A stretch of 21,400 nucleotides of DNA, from assembly GCA_050331235.1 (NCBI GenBank), contig JBHJHA010000115.1, forward strand, positions 1 to 21,400, given 5' to 3'. Below the pieces are notes generated by a model, which worked only from the letters and a program-made list of their open reading frames with translations, searched no databases and was not told the DNA's origin. Source of the stretch: Leptolyngbyaceae cyanobacterium. Its GTDB lineage: Bacteria; Cyanobacteriota; Cyanobacteriia; Phormidesmidales; Phormidesmidaceae. Shown here piece after piece: positions 17,369 to 21,400 of this stretch. Both the position numbers and the translations under genes were made by a program. Each line of letters begins with the position of its first letter. Positions within the stretch are counted from its first letter, which is position 1.

Positions 17369-17511
17369 TCAGCTCCAGGTAATCATCACAGCAATTTCAT
17401 TAAATTGCGACTTCATAAAATGATAGTGTCTTCAGTCTTACCGTAGGTTTCCCTAGAAAGCGCTACGAGTCGACCAATCTCCCTTGCTGCACACTTCAAT
17501 ATTTTTAAGTT

Positions 17512-18272
17512 ATGTCCCGTTTTGGAATCACTGACCGCCCGCCCGTTGCCCTCGTAACTGGAGCCTCTAGCGGCATCGGTCAAGCGATCGCCCGCTCTTT
17601 AGCCGAACAGGGCTATCGCCTAGGCATCTGCGCCCGCCGGGGCGATCGTCTTGAGCAACTACAGACAGAGCTAACAGCTCAAGGCGCTGAAGTGCTGGCG
17701 CAGTCGGCGGATCTGAGGCAAGAGGCCGACATTCTTGCGGTCTTCGACGTCCTGCGCCAGCGGTGGGGCGGCGTAGATGTATTGGTGAATAATGCCGGCC
17801 TTGGTCACAACTCACCGCTCATGTCAGGAGAGGCTGACGCTTGGCGTGAGATGTTGGACGTTAACGTATTAGCGCTGTGCATCTGCACCCGAGAAGCGAT
17901 TCAAGACATGCGGCAACGGGGCGATCGCGGCCACATCATTCACATCAGCTCACATCGGGTCATCGTGTTCCTGGTGCTAGTGGAGTCTATGCCGCGAGCA
18001 AGTTTGCAGTGCGAGCCCTTACCGAGGGGTTGCGCCAAGAACTGCGGGCCGCTAACAGTAGTATTCGCGTCTCGGCCATTAGTCCAGGCTTTACCGAAAC
18101 CGAATTTGCTGAGAAATACCATAATGATGCTGAGAAAGCGGCGGAAGTCTATTCCCGGTTTCCAGTGCTACAGGCAGCGGACATTGCCAAAGCCGTTATG
18201 TACGTTTTGGAGCAGCCGGAATACGTTCAAGTTCAAGACGTTTTGCTGCGCTCTACCTACCAAGCCACCTAG
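17512..18272 (+). pseudogene. Frameshifted SDR oxidoreductase (YdfG/DHRS11-like)
   Basis: The first frame has TGASSGIG, NNAG and HIIHISS. The second frame continues SGHRVP...YAASKFAV...ISPGFTETEF to TAG 18272. One base appears lost at about 17950-17954. Confidence 0.85.
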
Positions 18273-18347
18273 CCGGTTCAATCGTTTCTGGTGCATTGCA
18301 TTACACCTAGAACTCCGCCCCCTCACCCTCATTCCCAAAACACTGTA

Positions 18348-20336
18348 TCAGTCCTTGTTCTCTGCTGGAGCTGCCTCGACAGGAGCCGAGGTCACGTTGT
18401 CAGCGCTGACATCCAGGGCATAGTTGAGCGCCGAGTTCTGCCGGTTGACCACTGAAATCTCGTAGTAGCCTGACTGAGGCAGTTCCCCAGACCAAGTGAG
18501 ATCGCTAGAGTCCTCAAGTAAAAGGGGCACTTCATCGTTCGGGCTCGGTACGTACAGTGATAGTCCCGTGGAATTGGGTTGAGCTTGAAGATTGAGGCGT
18601 AGTAGCTGTCCTTCGCCCAGATTAATGACGTAAATGCGGCCCTCACCTGCTGCCAAGTGATCGCGTAGCGACTGGCTATACTCGCCACTAGCAAACCGAA
18701 TCTCTTCCAATCTTGCCTCGGACTCAATCGCTTGTACGCGATCATAGGCCAAGCCGTGCCAAATCTGCCCAATGGGTTGATCGATAAAGTCTTGAGCCGC
18801 ACTTTGGGGATAGAGATACGCAAATTTGGCATCGGTCAAATCATATAGCGCCCGACTGCTGACATATTTTTGGTTGACCTGTGTTCGCCACTGTTCGCGA
18901 TCGCTCGCACCGTAAGTGCCCAATCCCTGACGAGCTTCGGCACTTAGCTCAGCTTCCAGTACGTCCAACACTTCGTTGGCAATACTGTCCCACTCAGCCC
19001 GGAGTTCGGTATCCGCCGGGTCGTCGCTCAGTAGCCGCGATTGCAAGTCAGGGTACTGGTTGTAAAAGAGCTGATCGGTCACATTCACTAAATACCGGCT
19101 ATCCACCTGTAAGGCCTCGCGCCGCTGCCTCAGCTCGGTTTTGCGGTCCTGCTCCGCTGCTGAATAGGCTGGATTGTTAGCTTCGGCTTCAGGCTGGTCA
19201 ATTTCGGCCGTGCCATTTTCCACCGAGGGAGGGGGGCTGGTTGGCTCCCAACGGCTGGCAATCCACCAAACCAGGCCAATGGAGCCGATGAGCAGAAGGA
19301 GCCCCAATAATGCTTGAAAACAGCCCCCCAGATTGCCGGAACGCCGCTGCTTGGCGGGGGGCGGTGCAAGGGCCGGAGGCGCGACCATCGTACTGGGATG
19401 GGTGCCCCGGCCGGGGGCGACAGCCACGGTCGGGGCAGTATAGGGGCGGCCCGGCGGATAAGTGGAGACCGGGCCCGGTTCGGGTCCAGATAGCACCTGC
19501 ATGACCGCGGCTGCCGACGAGTAGCGATCGCCAGCCTGGGGAGCCAACATCCGCTCTAGTACTTTCGCCAGGTGTGGACTGACCGTCACATAATCTTCCC
19601 AGTGCCACCGTTTTGCGTAGCGATCATAAAGGCGGTCCGGCGCTTGCCCAGTCAATAGCACCAAAACCGTTACCGCCAGGGCATACAGATCTGTATTGGG
19701 AGAGACGTCGCCAGAGGCGAGTTGCTCCTCGGGGGCATAACCGGCTTTACCCAGACGGGTGGTTACAGTATCGCCTCCCACCTTTTGCTGCACAACGGTG
19801 GCCAACTGTTTGACTCCACCAAAATCAATCAGCACCGGCAGTCCATCTTGATTGCGCAAAATCAAGTTGTCGGGAGCGATGTCTCGGTGAATAACCCCAA
19901 CACTGTGGAGATAGCTCAGCACCGGCAAGACTTGCCGAAGTAGCTGCACAACCTCTGACTCTGCAAACCGATTACCTCCCTGCAAACGGGTTTCCAGCAG
20001 CTCTTCATAGGTAGGACCTTCAATGTAGTCTTGCACCAAAAACAGCCGCCCCTGCCCTCGGGCCTGCACTCGCAGCAGTTCTCGAAACCGGGGAATTTGC
20101 GGATGGTCGAGCTGATACAGCACATCGGCTTCCCGCTCAAACAATTGTTTGGCCTTCTGTAAGGCGGCGTCATCGTTGACCTGCGGCAAAAACTCCTTCA
20201 AGACACACAGCTCGTTAAAGCGGTTGACGTCTTCAGCCAGATACGTATGGCCAAAGCCACCGCGACCGAGCTCGCGCAAAACTTGATAGCGGCTGCCCAG
20301 TAGATTATTGGCACCGTTCGCGCTTCCTATAGCCAT
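18348..20336 (-). CDS. Pkn2-type Ser/Thr protein kinase with TM and extracytoplasmic C-terminal domain
   Basis: Motifs LGRGGFG, VLKEF, IHRDIAPDN, LIDFG, GYAPEEQ and DLYALA. Pro-rich linker, TM LLGLLLLIGSIGLVWWI, and a C-terminal beta domain (LPQSGYYEI). Start placed at ATG 20336 (GGAGA RBS); the ORF track starts at 20420. Confidence 0.93.
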   Translation of the reverse strand: MAIGSANGANNLLGSRYQVLRELGRGGFGHTYLAEDVNRFNELCVLKEFLPQVNDDAALQKAKQLFEREADVLYQLDHPQIPRFRELLRVQARGQGRLFLVQDYIEGPTYEELLETRLQGGNRFAESEVVQLLRQVLPVLSYLHSVGVIHRDIAPDNLILRNQDGLPVLIDFGGVKQLATVVQQKVGGDTVTTRLGKAGYAPEEQLASGDVSPNTDLYALAVTVLVLLTGQAPDRLYDRYAKRWHWEDYVTVSPHLAKVLERMLAPQAGDRYSSAAAVMQVLSGPEPGPVSTYPPGRPYTAPTVAVAPGRGTHPSTMVAPPALAPPPAKQRRSGNLGGCFQALLGLLLLIGSIGLVWWIASRWEPTSPPPSVENGTAEIDQPEAEANNPAYSAAEQDRKTELRQRREALQVDSRYLVNVTDQLFYNQYPDLQSRLLSDDPADTELRAEWDSIANEVLDVLEAELSAEARQGLGTYGASDREQWRTQVNQKYVSSRALYDLTDAKFAYLYPQSAAQDFIDQPIGQIWHGLAYDRVQAIESEARLEEIRFASGEYSQSLRDHLAAGEGRIYVINLGEGQLLRLNLQAQPNSTGLSLYVPSPNDEVPLLLEDSSDLTWSGELPQSGYYEISVVNRQNSALNYALDVSADNVTSAPVEAAPAENKD

Positions 20337-20549
20337 GTGCTTTCTCCCGACATTGACGAGGGCGGGCATGCCCTGATTAACTGCGTTGAGTGTAGCCGAT
20401 TCGTCCTCATCAGTAGGCACACTCTCTAGCGAGGGGCAGCTGTCTAGCGGCTGACTGAGTTGCTACAGGGCGATCGCAGAGACCGTTACCTTAGCAAAAG
20501 TCCCTTAGTGGTACAGAAAAGTCTCGAAAGGATTAAGAAACTGGTAGTC

Positions 20550-20973
20550 CTAAAGCTGTAAGGATGCGTTGTAGTGGTGGATGAAGAACCAGATCGCCCC
20601 AATAGGATTCTCCAGCTTTTTGGAAAACGACAAGGTTTTACGCACTAAGCGAGAAACTCGCTGTCGGAGGGTGCAGTTGAAGCGCTCAATATGATTCGTC
20701 TGTCCACTCTCTTTGCCGACCGCACAGTGACGTTTGCTGGCAATCACCGTCTCGTACGCCTCCCAGAAGTCGGTGTAGCAGACGGCACACTGCCGATAGA
20801 CGGGCGGCAAAGAGCGCCAGAGGGCGCGGACACTGTCGCGGCTACGGTCACCCACATGCGCCCCTACGATTTCGCGGGTATCGCGATTAATCGCCAGCCC
20901 AATCCATTGTTTGGGGCCCTTGTGCCCCACAAACGACCAAGCTTCATCGCACTCTATCGTCAAGCGCTTTTTT
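20550..20973 (-). CDS. insB: IS1 transposase InsB (DDE) frame
   Basis: Motifs ECDEAWSFVG.K, YTDFWEAY, TNHIERFNCTLRQR..RLVRKTLSFSK and FIHHYN. Entered by a -1 frameshift at A6G (20967-20973). Confidence 0.9.
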
Positions 20974-21259
20974 GGGGCGGAGACACTTTAGCCTAGCGCT
21001 CTACTTGCGCGTATTTGAGGTTGACATAGTGCTGTAACCAGGGTTCTGAAACCTCTGCCACACGGGCAATGTCGGCCAGGAGCAACCGCTCTAGCAGCAG
21101 CTTATCAATTAAGCGCTTGGTCTCATCGCGGATGAGTTTGTTCTACGGGTCGCGGACAAATTGACGCCCGCAGTCTTTGCACTTGTGGTTCTGTTTGCCG
21201 TTGTGAATCTTGCCGTTTTTGACGACCTGCGGAGAATCGCACGTGGGACAAGTTGGGAA
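20960..21259 (-). pseudogene. insA: IS1 InsA with two premature TAG stops and no in-frame start codon
   Basis: [41 protein letters not shown]...IARVAEVSEPWLQHYVN...VER*AKVSPPQK. Stops at 21143-21145 and 20993-20995. Confidence 0.88.
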
Positions 21260-21400
21260 GACGTGAGTTCGACGAGCAGAAGTGAGTAAGAAAAAAGCTG
21301 AGACTGAATTTGACGAATTCTATGCTCAGCTATGAACACCACTTTATCCGAAGTCTCTCGCCTGGATGTGACGCAGATTTTCTGGGAAGTTGATGACTTC

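Larger units (their letters stand above)
165..20477. repeat. HIP1 octamer GCGATCGC, dispersed (about 24 copies)
   Basis: Seen at 165, 834, 1066, 1682, 3149, 3712, 4701, 5376, 5647, 6571, 6694, 6979, 8283, 11448, 12513, 13060, 14078, 14335, 17068, 17584, 17921, 18897, 19524 and 20470. HIP1 is a cyanobacterial hallmark. Confidence 0.92.
20543..21343 (-). mobile_element. IS1-family insertion sequence, inactivated
   Basis: One end reads GGTAGTCCTAAAGCTG at 20543. A degenerate counterpart lies at 21327-21343 (AGTGGTGTTCATAGCTG on the - strand). Length is about 800 bp with an insA/insB arrangement. No target-site duplication was seen. Confidence 0.85.

Noticed and set aside
17955..18423. C-terminal part of the 303-aa ORF 17512-18423
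   Set aside because: Out-of-frame read-through after the frameshift. It lacks the YxxxK motif and overlaps the kinase gene.
19866..19895. Kinase catalytic loop HRDIAPDN lacking the usual Lys
   Set aside because: HRDI(S/A)PDN variants are common in cyanobacterial Pkn2-type kinases and are not evidence of a pseudokinase.
21109..21342. 77-aa minus-strand ORF
   Set aside because: An alternative frame over the broken insA. The Cys-motif InsA sequence is in a different frame.

Overview
Cyanobacterial chromosomal DNA: about 24 HIP1 GCGATCGC octamers, and the gene content resembles filamentous Leptolyngbya/Nodosilinea-type strains (an inference). The left part is mostly housekeeping and signalling: a partial Hsp70-family gene, an EI24/CysZ-like protein, a small secreted PatX-like peptide, accC, a PAS histidine kinase, a DUF4149-like protein, a TPR protein, a DUF3122-like protein and small membrane proteins. 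At 9.08-11.05 kb an AT-richer, HIP1-free module encodes a ribbon-helix-helix protein followed by a degenerate PIN domain fused to a LeuA-type allosteric domain. A small Cys4/TM protein is transcribed divergently, and the shared promoter carries four TGCATCAT boxes. This module is the best candidate for an undescribed system. Next come tsaE, an EVE protein, a GGCT/AIG2 protein, an EF-hand-loop membrane protein and an SDR. The right part is decaying, with a truncated GMC oxidoreductase pseudogene, a GUN4-domain remnant, a frameshifted SDR and an inactivated IS1-family element. An intact SH3 lipoprotein and a Ser/Thr kinase lie among them. All family assignments come from motif recognition by eye; no database searches were run.
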